Assembly: GCA_000934665.2 (NCBI GenBank)
Contig: KZ538007.1
Span: 62,001 to 126,000 of the forward strand
Reading direction: 5' to 3'
Source of the DNA: Catajapyx aquilonaris
Taxonomy: Eukaryota
Length of the DNA stretch: 64,000 nucleotides
The position numbers and the translations under genes were made by a program. This document shows, in pieces, positions 25,119 to 38,600 of the stretch. Each line of letters starts with the position of its first letter. Within the stretch, counting starts at the first letter, position 1. A model generated the notes under the pieces. It did not search any database, was not told where the DNA came from, and saw nothing but the letters and a program-made list of their open reading frames with translations.

Positions 25119-28100
25119 AAATTATTTTGTTATTTGCCATTTTTTAATATATTGACCACAGCTAACGGTTCTAAAATTTTATATTGTTTTCATCATGTTG
25201 CTATATGCTAACGGTAGCATGACAAACAACCGTCACCTCCTAGGCATGCGCCTCATTTTACTAAGTTTAGCCCACACTACAAAATAACCGCGGCCCTGCT
25301 CAAAACGGAACAATTCAGCCGCCTCTATATCAAAGCCGGCTGGCAGCACATGTCAAAGTTCGCACAAACCCATCAAACCCGCCTTAATAAGAAACAAGCC
25401 CTCATCCTAACACAATCATGTCACTAATTAAATCTAATTGTGAGTCAATTAAGACCCCACAATAATATATTCCAAGCTAATGAAAGGCAGCGTCTAGACA
25501 AGGCACCTACTCCTACATACATCTTGGGCCAGCGGAACTGGCAGCCCAACAATAAGAGCACTAGGCCCTACGCATTGACTGACACGCGTCCCATACAGTT
25601 TAGAGCGGCCCGGTTCCCTCTAGTTGGCGGGAGAACAGCGCGGGGAGTCCCCGAAACGCAAGAAATACTGGCCCAACTGTAATCAAGTTTAAGCTTGAAT
25701 GGTATACCGGGCGGGGCAGTGTCCGGATGTTACTTTTTCTGTAACAGTGCCTGCCCTGCTCTGTGCCAGCCTGCCTGCCCCTGCCTTTTCCGGATCGATC
25801 CAGGCCCCTGCTGGCCCCTAGCTGGGCGGGCTCAACCTATTCGATCCAATACGACTGCTTCTCTTCACAGCTACAAAACGCTGTCTACATCTAATGCCTG
25901 GCATTTTTAATTAGACGGCTGCCTTGCCCCTGCAAAGATGTGCCGAGTTGCTTTCAAACCCGCGCGAGCGATGTTGACTCCACAGGAAGAATGGGCACAA
26001 TCGTGCCTTTTCAGGATGGCTCCAAATTCAGGCTTGGAAACCATGCTGGAAGGAAGTTTTTGACTCAAGAAGGGAATGTGGGTTAGTTCTATGGCGGGAA
26101 AACGGGTTTTTTTTTAGTGGAGGAGGGGGCGGGGGTTGGAGGGATTTTTAATTTTGGCTGATGAGTCGTGCTATGGATGTACTCAATTAGGCGGTACAAT
26201 GTAATTTTCTGGTTCAGTTTCTCGCAAAATAAGGTTTTTTTTCGGGTTCGTTATGAAATACGCACGTTCTGAATAGTAGGAGCAGGGATGATTAATATGC
26301 GATATTTCTCGGGATTTCATCCACTTATACTGATGCCCCAGTGTATTTCTGATGTTAAATGTAGGAAATATTGCATTTAAGGCAGTCCTCTTTAGCGAAA
26401 AATTGTGAACAAGTGTGACGGAAATAAGAATAACTAATTTCACTGTTAGGCTTTATTCACTTACAAAGTGTAGAATTTGGTGTGAATGTTGCTTGTTGTG
26501 ACACAGCTTATGAGGATGTTTAAACTCTTTTATTCGACAGTGAATTTTTTTTAATGTACCAGATGGGAATAAGGCAGGAAGTGTGAAACAAACCTCAGCG
26601 TCACCTTTTCCAACGTAACACCGTTATGAGGGTGGTGAGAATAATTAAAACCGCTAACATTAACGTAAAAACAACTCGGCTGCATTAGAAAATAATGCAT
26701 GCTTTGATATCAGGTAAAAGTTACTGGAGTTGATAGTATAGTAATGCATGTTCTTAAGAAAGAAAGTAGTTCATGTTCCAGGTTACAGATGGGCTTAATG
26801 AATGCAAGAGTGGCCGAATTTAAAATCTTGAACTTTGCATTACGCCTAATTATTCAGTTGCAGGAAGAAAAAAAGTTCTTAATTAGCAGCTGATATCGTG
26901 AATAATATGGCCATTATTCAGTAATAAGCAATTAGCCTGCTGGAAGAAAGGTCGGAAAATTCATCTGCAGAGAATGTAGTAGATTCCTTAAAGTGGAAAA
27001 TTGAACTAGAGAATATTACAGTTCATTGACTGTTCAGATGTTTCCGAGGCTCCACCGTCTTACGGTCTTTGATCCTTTTCAATTTCAATTATCAGAGAAA
27101 CCACAGGCGTCATATACTGACATCCCTCGCACAATGACTCAGTACAAGCCGATTTTGTGTGCAGTATATTGAAAATGAAACAAAATTTCACCATGTCTCA
27201 GGAGTAACTTCCATGCAACGTAGGCATGGAGGTTTGTTCATTGTTATAAAGCAGTAGGATTATTTTGCCGACAATAGTCTTCAGATAATTATAGTGGAAT
27301 CTTTTAAGTGGATGATGATAGAGTCTGAAAAGCTCTTCAGACTGACTTGTGAGCCGAAGAAATTTTCATGCACTGTAGTTCTGCTGTCGATGTCTAGTCC
27401 TGTAAAAACACACGCTAAAGCTGCTATCATTTTTACTGTACCTAGCTAGATATTTCTAGGTGAGGTGAATGTTTGCATCACATTGTAGTCCACTCATACC
27501 TATCAAATTGTAGAAAATGTCACAATAATTACTGCGTATAGTATCAACTGGTAACATGCCATTCAACGCACCCTTTCTTCATTGAACGTTACGTAATTCC
27601 CACAATAATTTGTTGCCACCCGCTGAACAACCGCTGTTACGCAAGGAGATTAGGTATATGAAATTTTTCATTTTTTTTTAAGTATCGAGACTTGAAACTC
27701 ATTTTCCCCTTTAAAGGGGTGGATAGGGGTTGAGACCTGGATGAGCTAAATCTCAAGTGGCGTCATTATACCTTCATCAGTCACTTAATTTTTCGATTAG
27801 ACAGAAAGTTTCCTGCTGTGGCTGCTTTTGGAAACTAGTTTACGAAAGTGGCAATTAGGTAGACTACCGGCACATTCTAAATTCTTTAAGCCACTTCGCC
27901 CAAGATATTTTTATACAATACGCTTTTGCTAAGGAGCGATTACGACGAGAGGTCAGTAATCCCATTATAGTTTTTTTTTAAAAATCTATTCACAGAGCGA
28001 ATTAGTGTGGCATATAAAAAAGCCTGCCTGAAGCAACATGAGAATTGTTCCCCGTTTCATTTCTAGGTACAGTAGAAATAATAGTGCTTCTCCAACACTG

Positions 28101-31100
28101 ACGTTAGAATTCTGGACAAACTCTAGATGCCTCTTGTATTACGGAAAAGTTCTACGTGAAAGCGCCGAGACTCATACTGTAGACTACATAAATTCGCACG
28201 TAAGCTGTAAATGGTGCAGTCATTGCTGAGCTATTGGTGGTGAAAGTCAGGCTCTTTGGGCCCTGGAAAACACTGAGGGATGGCTTGTCGGTGATCACGA
28301 TTGATCACGAAGTATTGTGGAGAGGGAGTTCCTAGCACACAGCGATTCAGTCTGAAAGTGATTGCTTAGGTGATGTCTTCCGACAGCAGGTGGTTGATAC
28401 CTGCTTCCCGACTACCACCAATGGACGTAAATTACACTACGAGGTGACAGGTAGTACGCACGTATATGTAAATAAATTGTGAGTAAACTTCTGGTGCATC
28501 TCAAGTCTAGTAGTAATGGGTAGTTGCGTATATGACAGTTTTTAATAAATTGTTTGTTATTGGACAGAATCACTGACGTATAGCGTTAGTTTAGACAAAA
28601 ATGAGCAGTAAACAATGTTCGTGCCCTAGGCTAATGCCACACTGACAAGTACGATGTCGACCCAGATGTGTATCAGACTATAAAATGAAACTAATATGTA
28701 GGGCCACAAAATGTGTTACCTGTCAAAAAAGTTTCGACCAAACGTACCCTGGCACAACACAACCCTCAGCACTCCAAAAATGAAAAAAACTACCAAAACA
28801 AAATACGTAGAGTGGGATGGTTGTATAAGGCCATGATACGTGTGATCGACACTTTCATGGCATCTGTCTGTCTGTGGCATGTGCCTCAGACAATACGAGT
28901 ATATGTATCATAATAATCCCAAAAATTCATTTACCCTTGCACAGAATCAAAACTGTCAATGTGAGAGGCACAAAGGACGTAGTAGGCTAATAAATTTTTC
29001 CATATAGATTTGAGTGTAGCTGTTATGCTGTATCTGCCCATCTATTTTTAATGGTCATTCTGTACACTCATTAAGAGGGGAAAAAATTCAACAGTAATCA
29101 ATTAACTATAATATCAAGAATGCTAACAAAGTTAATACCCTTCCCTAACAGGGAACAAAAGCATAGGGAAGAGGCATAAATAACTATGAAAAAATGGCGC
29201 TCGGAGTCCGAATCCACCAGAATAATGGGCTTTATGCATGGGCTTCCCCCTTCCCATTGTTCCCTTTGCTTTGTTCCCAATGCTGCCTGCAACACTGATG
29301 GGAACAGCTATTACAACCAAAATCGCGCTTGGCGACCCGCATTCCCACACCAATTTCACATTTCTTTTCTCCCTCCATAATGATTATCTTTTTTTTATAG
29401 AGGGAGGTGGTGATGTGGGGGGTACTCTGCTGACAGTGCAATTACACAGCCTACAATGGGAGGTATTGCAGATGTTCAGGCAAACTGTGAAGTGTCACAC
29501 CTAGACATCACAACATCAGATTGACACATATCAATCTTTTCCCCGTCTCCCTTTTCAGCTCTTATATTTTCTTTCTATCTTCGTTTTTTTACACTGGGAA
29601 GAATTGGAGTTGGTTTCTAGGATCGAAAGTGATGGAGTGTCTCTCCCCTGTTTCCCTCGAGTATGGCACCTCTGTGACTATAAACAGTACAACTGGCAGG
29701 AAAACCTTGACGCATCATCCACCCTGCTCCTGTCATCCACTACTTGTGAAAATTTTGGAGCCATGAATAATACATTTCTCCACTAGCCGTCACCAGGGTG
29801 TCACCATCATGGTGCCTGCGGACAAAATTAGAGTACCTACTCGAAATATCAACCATTATCGCGCATTGGATGCATTTTTAGCCCTTCAGTCATTATTAGT
29901 GTGTGTGTGTATATACATATACAGTGGAATTAAGCATTGTTTACCTGGTACCTGGCACCGTAACATCTGTAGGGTCCGGAAAGAGCCACTGCAGACTGTT
30001 CATACAAAATATCTAGTGATGCTTACATTACAAAAATCAGGCAGAGGATGATGAGGGAATCGAACTTCACAGAGTGCATTAGCGGAATATGCATTTATTA
30101 GATTTTATCATGTTTTATTATACAGCATTAGACTCAGTTGCTAATGCAAGTCAGAATTATTAGATTCTAAATTAGAAGGTAAACATAACTACACGTAAGT
30201 ATACAGTAAATCAAAGACTGAAAAATTAAGAAATCGAGTTTAAAGCAAATTAATGTTTTAATGGCTTGTTAATTAATATATGATTCTTTGGAAGATGTGG
30301 CACTGTCGCTACATCAATCGAGTGCAGTGGTAAAAAATTTAGTTGTGAAAGAAATACACGTGATAGAAGTGATAAAATGTGATGGGTCCCCTGCCAGAAA
30401 CATATAAACAATACGTATAATTTCATATAATTGAACCACGTTTATATAAATATATAATGCATTATTATTCCCAGCTCCGTTCATGCATTCGAGTGATAAG
30501 CAGCAGTGAATAACGGTAATTGGCAAAAATGAATTATTCTGCATGAGCATGTGAAATGAGCATTAAAACTTCGCGGTTCGCAGCTTCATTCTTTCAACAT
30601 ATGTGAATATAAAAGTATACAAAAATGCTAAAATTAATTTAATATCAGCTATACCTAACTTGAAAATGCGTAAATGTCAGAACCCATCACTCGCTAATGC
30701 AATGTTTACTCTGGATTCTACGAAAATATGGTTGACACCAGTTGACACATTTCTGGTCAGCCTACTACTCCCGGAACTATCTTCATAAAAAATTGCTGCA
30801 CTGGTCACTCCGGTTTACCTATCCTTCAAGATTTTCAAAACATTGAGTGACACCTAAAATAACGCCTGACAGACACCACGCCACAGTCATATCCAACTCC
30901 ATTATTGAAAACACTGCATACTTTGAAACGCTCCAATGCTCACAATAGACATTTTCTTCCGATCAATGGCCCGAATGTAAAACAGNNNNNNNNNCCCCCC
31001 CCCCGACAAATCCGTCATTCAAGAGTATAGTATTTTCGATTAGTTATGTAAACACCAGGCCCAGTATGTAAATGACTTCAAAACGAATAATTAGCAACCA

Positions 31101-34100
31101 CATTGGAAAACAAACCGAGGAAAGCAATCCACGCTGGCCCCACATTTCCCGCACTATTTTTGCAAGAGAATTCCGTTTTTAAAGACGACAGATCAGTCCA
31201 ATTTTTGTGACAGACCCAAACATGGCGGTCGTCAGCACGAATCCGGTCACATGGGAGTCGATAGTATCATCGTGGATACACAACAGTACATCTTCATTTC
31301 GTACGTGAAAGCTGCGGCTGCTGCGGCACAAGTCCCACAAAAGGGGGAAGTGGGGAGATGGAGGAAAAAGGGGGAGGGAGTGACTGAAAGTAGGAGCGCG
31401 TCGAACGTGTTCTTCGTCTGCATACCAACAGGCTTCAAGCTTAGCCTCATATACTGTATAACAAGGCAACGGCTCTCAGATGAAGTTTTACGAACGTGAC
31501 GTGAATGATGGCCATTTTTTTTGTCCCTTGGTCCCTAGGACCATGTTGATTACTATATGTGGATAGGGAGGCGACCATGGGGTTATGGGACCTTGGGGAG
31601 AATCGCTGAGAAGTAGTAAGCTTCACAGGTTTTTTTTCTTATTTTTTTTGTCCTGTCGGATTTTTTTTCTGTGTCGCCACGAAAATTAAATTGTCACCCA
31701 GAGGAGGCTTCGGGTAAGGTAGAATTTAGAGTCCGTTTTTTCCGGAAGCCAGAGGCATGAAGAATGACGATGCGTCGTGTTCTTCGATTCGGTGGACTAT
31801 ATACGGAGATATTGGGAGTGGTCGCGAGATTTATTGGGAGTGGTTTTCATACTGTGTGGATGATGTCAAGGTATAACAATTGACATCATTTAACCATATT
31901 AAATTAAGCTGGAATTATTATGAAGTGTGGATCTGAGAGCAATTAGAAAGAACTATTTAAATCAGAAAGCTAGATATGAAACCAATGATTTATTTTTACA
32001 TACGTATACAGATAGTGGTCATTTTCTGATCAGTCCTGCCTCCAAGCGACTAGTGTGTTATATTTGCCTCGGACAAAAGTTTTTACACAAAATTTATGGA
32101 GAGGCTTTGCGCTTCAAATATAGTGTTTAACCTTCTCTTACATGCATTCCAGCATTGGAGATCTTATCAAATTCGTGCCACTAAAAACTAGAGAAATATA
32201 GCGAGCCCAGTTGTCTTCCTTATCAGTCGTATCTTGGAAGAGATTGGCCAATTTGTCGCCAACGGCCATCACTTTGGATCGTTGTCAGATGTAGTCCACT
32301 CTGGCCAAAACGGAAGCTTGGTCCAGCGCATAGAATGCTGAAGTATGCTGTAAATATAAATAAAGTATCGGAAAAGTAAATCAAATCTAACGGTTAGGTT
32401 GATATTGCTTATGACGTTTATCCCTACTTTAGGCAGAATATCTGGCTGGAATTCTTGTTTTGACTGTATAGACACTGAAAAATAAACCGGAAATGAACAC
32501 CTGCTACAACACATGATAAAACCTGTAACCACAGAAAGGAACACCTGGCGGCAATGCACCTGAACATGACTGTTAATTTCCGCACTCTATGCCTTGCGGT
32601 ATTTTTGCAATTTTCACATTCGGAAATATCATTTAACATTCAGAATTGCTGTTGTTCCTCTCTCCACCGTACAGGTACCATTTTGCAAGAATCCATATGA
32701 AAGGCTATATTAATGCTTTTTTAAATAACATATGGAAATAACGAGCGATCCTGAATTTAGGAATAATAATAATACTTGTAATAATGTAATGATGATGATG
32801 GTGATGATGGAATATTTTAAAGTGCGAGTTAACTCGCTCATAATACGCATCTTCATTTGTTAGGTAATTCGTACACTATTGTCATTTTGAGCTCCTCGGA
32901 CTTTCGATGCATGCAAGCAATCATCCCATCACCATACGGTAGTGTCCTCATGTCCAGAACACGTGATGCAATGCACTCCCCAATATTCGGACATCCGGTT
33001 TCAAGAACCACCAGTTCCATTATATGGCACCCTATTGTAGATGGAATCTGGTCATCCTCCCACCTGCTTCTTCGTCCTCACCCACTCGATTGGTTCTAGA
33101 CCTCAAAGATGAGAAGCACTCCGGAAAACCGGTCCGATCTCTAGCGCCTGATTACAATTCCTTGGCGGCCTCAACTCCCTTTCATTGCCTCACAAGATCC
33201 CCTGGCCTTATTCTTTTTCAAGATCACCAACGCCACGCTTTCTATTGTTTGCTTTGACGCGCCTTCAACTCCAAAGCAAAAGCCCTCGAGGGCGCCAAGA
33301 CACCTCCACTCCTTCACGTCTACCAGAAAGCAGCAAAAGACTCGTTCGAAAAAAAAAATAAAAATAGAATGGACCCCTACCAAACCCTTTTTGGTGCTTT
33401 GGACTGAGCGATCCTTCATGACCCCCCGCCTCCCAAAAAAAAAACCCCCCTCTGAACCACAGCACTTTCAACCTGAAACCCCTACCTATACAGAGAAGCA
33501 ACGCTCCAGAAACCTTCGCTTATTCAACCGAGGGCTGCCTCTCTATTCGTATTCGCCCCCTTTTTTCCTTCTTTTTTCTCCTCTTCATCCTCAGTCTCTT
33601 ATTCAGGTCAAAATTCAGTCTTGCGTTCTCGTTAATCGTGTGAAAGAAGCGGTTCGGAGGCAGATGCTTGGTAAATGGATGATTTTTCCGGAGATGTTTT
33701 TTCGTGTGGAGGTTTCAAGCGTTCAGTTTTTGGAGGATTGGTGCGTGCTAACTTCCGAGTGATAATTTTTTTGCAGGGAATATAAGTATTGCTTTCATTG
33801 TACAGCCGACTTCAACGTGAAACATTGAAGTTTATTATTGATTGCAATTATTAATTAAGTGGTTTTACCTAGATGTGTAGATATACAGGGAGTCAAATTT
33901 TATTTTATTTCGCTTTCGTCTACCACTTTTTTTTTGGACTAGAGAATGGGAACCCACAACCCGAGTCTGGTTGATCTTCCGGTTTTCCGATAAAGTCAAA
34001 GGGCCTGACTAGTAGAGAAAGAGGCCTTTGCCAAAAATCTTTGGAAAGAAATGTTTCTTGGGGACTGGAGCCGTCCATTACAGCAACGAGGCACTGGAAT

Positions 34101-35338
34101 ATCAGTTGAAGTTTTTTGGGGGTTTAAAAAATGACGGTACTTTTCACAAGCGAGTGGTTCTACAGTTACCAGCAGGCTAGTGCGTTCTTGAGAAGTTACA
34201 GCATTTTATGTTATAGTAAACCTTTTTTTCTCATATAGATAGTTATGAGATTCCAACATTACGTAGATATGGATGGTGAATATGTGTTTTGAAAAGAAAA
34301 TGAACAAAGTGGCAGAACTTTTGCAGCTCTGGGGGACGAAGTGTGTAAGTTTGTAAAAGCTTAATGGATTTTCACAATTATTAATAATGCAGTACTTAGG
34401 ATAATGGAGATTTATATTAATTCTAATAACTTCTTTAGAAGAATGTATTTTTTTTTGTCAAAAAATTGTTTGACTATCGCAAAGTGTAGGCCTACACTTC
34501 AAACCAATGCAATGAAATGGTTCACTTGATTTACACCAAAATGTAACTCGGATCATTCTGCATTCAAGGTCTTCATACAGATATTTGGCTGACCAACGCG
34601 TGTAATCAGTGTAATGTGTAGGCTACCTTGTGCACCCACAATTCCTAACACTGTAGTAACGTTATATTCGTGTGAATTACAGGTACGAGGTCTTAGTAGT
34701 TAAGGATTTCGTTATTGTTTATGCTAATAAAAATCTGTTATGCACGCGCTGCATAATGGACTTGTGTTACCATGAAAGAAACATTATGCCTCATTTAGTT
34801 GCTGCATTTTATTTACATAATCTGAACTTGGTTCACACACTTCGAAATAATTGCATGAATTCACTTCTCAGCCAGCTCATTATTCTCACTGTCAGGTAAA
34901 ACGTAAAAGTAACACTTATACATTAAAGCACGTCATACCCATGGGAGCATACAGTTTCTGTATGTTTTAAAATATTATAAGCAGAAACCCAGCATGAAAA
35001 CAGCAGCAAATTCGAATACGTTTCAAAACTTTTCGCTTCATGTAACGTATGCACCACACCAAATATTATATGACCACACTGCACACCACTAAGTGCGTTG
35101 GTCATACAGACCCTGAGTATGTTATGTGGATGCACCACATTTTAATGATTATTAAATATTTTAAAAACACTCTATTGGCGACAATTTAATAACCCGCCAC
35201 TCAGTTTGGGCCTTTACTATTGTCAACTTTTTCCACCTACCCGTCTGTGGCAATTGGCAATATAGGTGGAAAAATGCATTTACGGATTGCACCGCGTTCA
35301 GGCTGCAGGTATTCGCCGGTCGACTTATCTTGCTGTTG

Positions 35339-35340
<2 letters not shown>

Positions 35341-35421
<81 letters not shown>

Positions 35422-35428
35422 TATTATT
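35341..35428. repeat. (ATT)n microsatellite
   Basis: Direct trinucleotide run; explains the poly-N/Y/I ORFs in the track. Confidence 0.99.
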
Positions 35429-35470
35429 GCTATGTTGTGTGTTACAAAGCACTCTGAGACTACGTATATA

Positions 35471-35803
35471 CAGGGTGTTTCAACTTTTTTGTCCGAACAG
35501 TTATAGGAAAATTGCACGTAGCTGCTACTTTGTAAGCAGTGACTTGCAAACGGGGATTTTTCGGAGGAACGGGAAATATTCCCTGCGAATCGTAGGTTGA
35601 AGTGGCATACGTGCTGCTCGCTGAAAATTGAGGGTCAAGCCTGGAAAAAATAGGGTCACACATACCATGGGATGTGTGACCCGCCTCTTTCCCCCCATTC
35701 TCCATTCCTCCGACAAATCACCGGTTGCAAGTCACTGCTTACAAAGTAGCAGCTACGTACAATTTTCCGATAACTGTTCGAACAAAAAAGTTGAAACACC
35801 CTG
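35471..35803. mobile_element. Tc1/mariner-type MITE, ~100-bp TIRs, TA TSD
   Basis: TA|CAGGGTGTTTCAACTTTTTTGT...AAAAAAGTTGAAACACCCTG|TA. Arms 35471-35569 and 35705-35803 are near-perfect reverse complements. Confidence 0.93.
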
Positions 35804-36287
35804 TACATACTTTAGAGTCGTATTCCGGGCAAGGCGATAATCTAACCACCGACATGGCATTCCCTCCTCCCATCTTGCTCCCATCCCTTCCTCCTGCCAC
35901 GTCCCCCCACCCCCACCCCTCCTTCCCTCCCCACTGCACCGCATAAGCGATCCACAAAAGTGCGTTTGGACCGAATGTTGCGCATCTTAATCTCTCAGCC
36001 TAAAAGCTGTCGGGCCGGTGGAGTTGAGAACAGAAAAATACCTCCTCGCTTTACTGGGCTTCCTAAAGGCTTATGCAGTCGGCCTACAATGCAATTGCAA
36101 GTAATGGAATTGCCTTTCCCGGGCTCTCCCCGGCACGTACATTTAGGAAACGTTCCATTTTGAATCTTTTCTCTAATTAAGTTATTCTGAAGCAAGATGG
36201 GGTTGTTAATGTAACCGTCATTTTCAGCAGTTGTATTTTCCTCCCTCCGGATGAGAGGAGAACGGCAAGAGCTCCAGGGGAAAGCCA

Positions 36288-36289
<2 letters not shown>

Positions 36290-36337
<48 letters not shown>

Positions 36338-36342
36338 CTCTC
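36290..36342. repeat. (CT)n microsatellite
   Basis: Direct dinucleotide run. Confidence 0.98.
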
Positions 36343-37296
36343 AGCCCTTCCTCTTGGCAATATTGTAATTGCGGTTGAATATTTTCAGGAAGTAAAATGA
36401 TATTTTTCTCGCTTAAGTGCACCGGATTAAAAGACACGCTGACATTATTAACGCCATAATTGTTGAGAGAGCTCCAAAAAAATATTAGGAAGTAGATAGA
36501 GGCCAAACTGTGGAGAGTCCATTTGGGAATGGCCCCACAGAAGCGAGAAAACGCAAAATCGGACTTAGCAGGCAACTCACCCCCAAGTTAATTGGCCGAG
36601 TCCCTCGACTCCCAGTAGCTTGGAGTACTGCAGAGGGAAAGAGAAGAGGGGTCTGTGCCTTCCTTTGCTAGCTGAATGCCACTTTTCCTGCTTCTCGCCA
36701 ACGCTTTAATTGTTGCTCGTGCGCCTCAGCTTAATTGGCCAAGGGAATGGGACTAACTGTATATCTGTGCGACTATAATAGCTATAATACCCGGCTTTAG
36801 GGGACGGGGCAGTGGCGCAGGGGTTAAGTCCTCGTTTTCCAATCTGTGGGGCCGAGGCGGGGGAGATTTTGGCTACAAAGGTGCTCCTAGGTTGGAGGTG
36901 GTCCTTTGACACCCAAGAGAGGGTTTGGGGTTGAAAGTCACTTTGGGCTTCACTTTTTTTATACGGCTGAGCAATTAATGTCAAGGCGAAGAATTTTTAC
37001 GAGGAGGGTTCTCACTGAACGAATGCCAGACTTATGAGACAGATTCTGACACTCTTTTGTCCAAATGGGACTTCCAACCTGCTGTGTGACCATAAAATAA
37101 TGCAACAAGGTTTGAATATGAATGATATTCCTTAGCACTGTAATCGTGAAACCTAGAGATGTATAGCTGGTATTAATCGTGGCTTTTTTCAACTTGCCAG
37201 TTCTGAAAACAAGCAATTATATATTGGCGATTTTCATTTGTCTTTCATGGATTGGGCTTCAGAATAGTCACAGAAAGGATATGCATCCTGCAGGCA

Positions 37297-37589
37297 CAGG
37301 CGCGGATCCAGAAATGTTTTCAGGGGGGGGCACAAGGGTATAGGTGGGGGGGGGGGGGGGTAGGCGNNNNNNNNNNNNNNNNNNNNNNNNNNNNNNNNNN
37401 NNNNNNNNNNNNNNNNNNNNNNNNNNNNNNNNNNNNNNNNNNNNNNNNNNNNNNNNNNNNNNNNNNNNNNNNNNNNNNNNNNNNNNNNNNNNNNNNNNNN
37501 NNNNNNNNNNNNNNNNNNNNNNNNNNNNNNNNNNNNNNNGGGGGGGGGCAATTGCCCGATTGCCCCCCCCCCCCCTGGATCCGCGCCTG
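37297..37589. mobile_element. hAT-type MITE, 15-bp perfect TIR, 8-bp TSD; interior partly gapped
   Basis: TGCAGGCA|CAGGCGCGGATCCAG...CTGGATCCGCGCCTG|TGCAGGCA, with TSDs at 37289-37296 and 37590-37597. G/C-run palindrome ggggggcaattgcccgattgcccccc inside. Confidence 0.92.
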
Positions 37590-37610
37590 TGCAGGCATCA
37601 TTTGGAATAA

Positions 37611-37762
37611 AGGTGCATTTACATGTGAGCAATTTGACGAGCGAAATCTTCGCCGAGGCTGAAATTAACAATCGATTTTCGCCTCAAACAATATTGGTTA
37701 CTTGGGTTACTCATCCTCGGCGATGATTTCGCTCGGAAAATCGCTCACATGTAAAGGCACCT
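37611..37762. mobile_element. PIF/Harbinger-type (Tourist-like) MITE, TAA TSD
   Basis: TAA|AGGTGCATTTACATGTGAGC...GCTCACATGTAAAGGCACCT|TAA, with ~50-bp imperfect TIRs. Confidence 0.9.
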
Positions 37763-38541
37763 TAAGAGTAATCCTGCGTTGACTTGTGTGTTATGTTAGG
37801 GGCTTCAGCACCAGACGGTAAACATCAATAGACTGCTGGCGCTTTCAAAGCGAATATTTAATTGTTGTTAATAATGTACACGAATTAAATATTTGCATAA
37901 CTCTTATATGTTGTTTACATATGGATCAAAGTCAGACTAGCATTAATGCCGCAGGTTTATATCAGTCCTCTACAATTTGTTTAAAAAATAAACAGTGAAA
38001 CCAATATCTTCATGAATCCACCACCAACGGAAGGCTCTACTGGTGTTCTTCTCTGGAGTCCACAAAATGTAGACTCATCGTAAATGGCCAACAAGAAAAA
38101 TTGTCGACACCATTTGACATGCATGCGAACTACGGTCTGTCTTATATTCGGTGGAGAAAAATGGGGGTTAATAACGTAACTCAACCTACACCCATGCGAA
38201 TGTAAAGCGCCTTGTGACCCGAATATTTTTGGCAGCAGATTCCACTTGTCGTGTGCAGTTACGGCCATTTTTCGGTGCACACTTTACGATGGCTGCCGCG
38301 CGGAAGAGAGGCGGTAAATTATCGAAAAGTGGACCTTAACGTCGCCGAACCATGAGCAATTGAAACGGACCAATACAGAGTCCAGAAGATGGGGGAGGAA
38401 AATAGAGGAGGAGAGTAGAAATAAAACCCTGGCTCCGCCTCCTAGTTTTAGGCTGAGCTAGCTCGGATTGAAAAATATTGGCTTAAGGTTCAGCTGAATT
38501 TGGGCTAGCAGTACATTTGCGTCTATTTGGATACAAATGAG

Positions 38542-38600
38542 TGACGTCAGGAAGTGTGGGAGTCTTTCAGCCAATCATCGGCTGCTAGGCGCCGCCATCT
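38542..38600. promoter_or_regulatory. Promoter/enhancer-like motif cluster (CRE, ETS, CCAAT, YY1-like)
   Basis: TGACGTCA (38542-38549), CAGGAAGT (38548-38555), AGCCAATCA (38569-38577) and GCCGCCATCT (38591-38600). Confidence 0.4.

Noticed and set aside
27706..27719. Palindrome CCCCTTTAAAGGGG as abutting Kolobok-like ends
   Set aside because: No matching partner termini could be found nearby.
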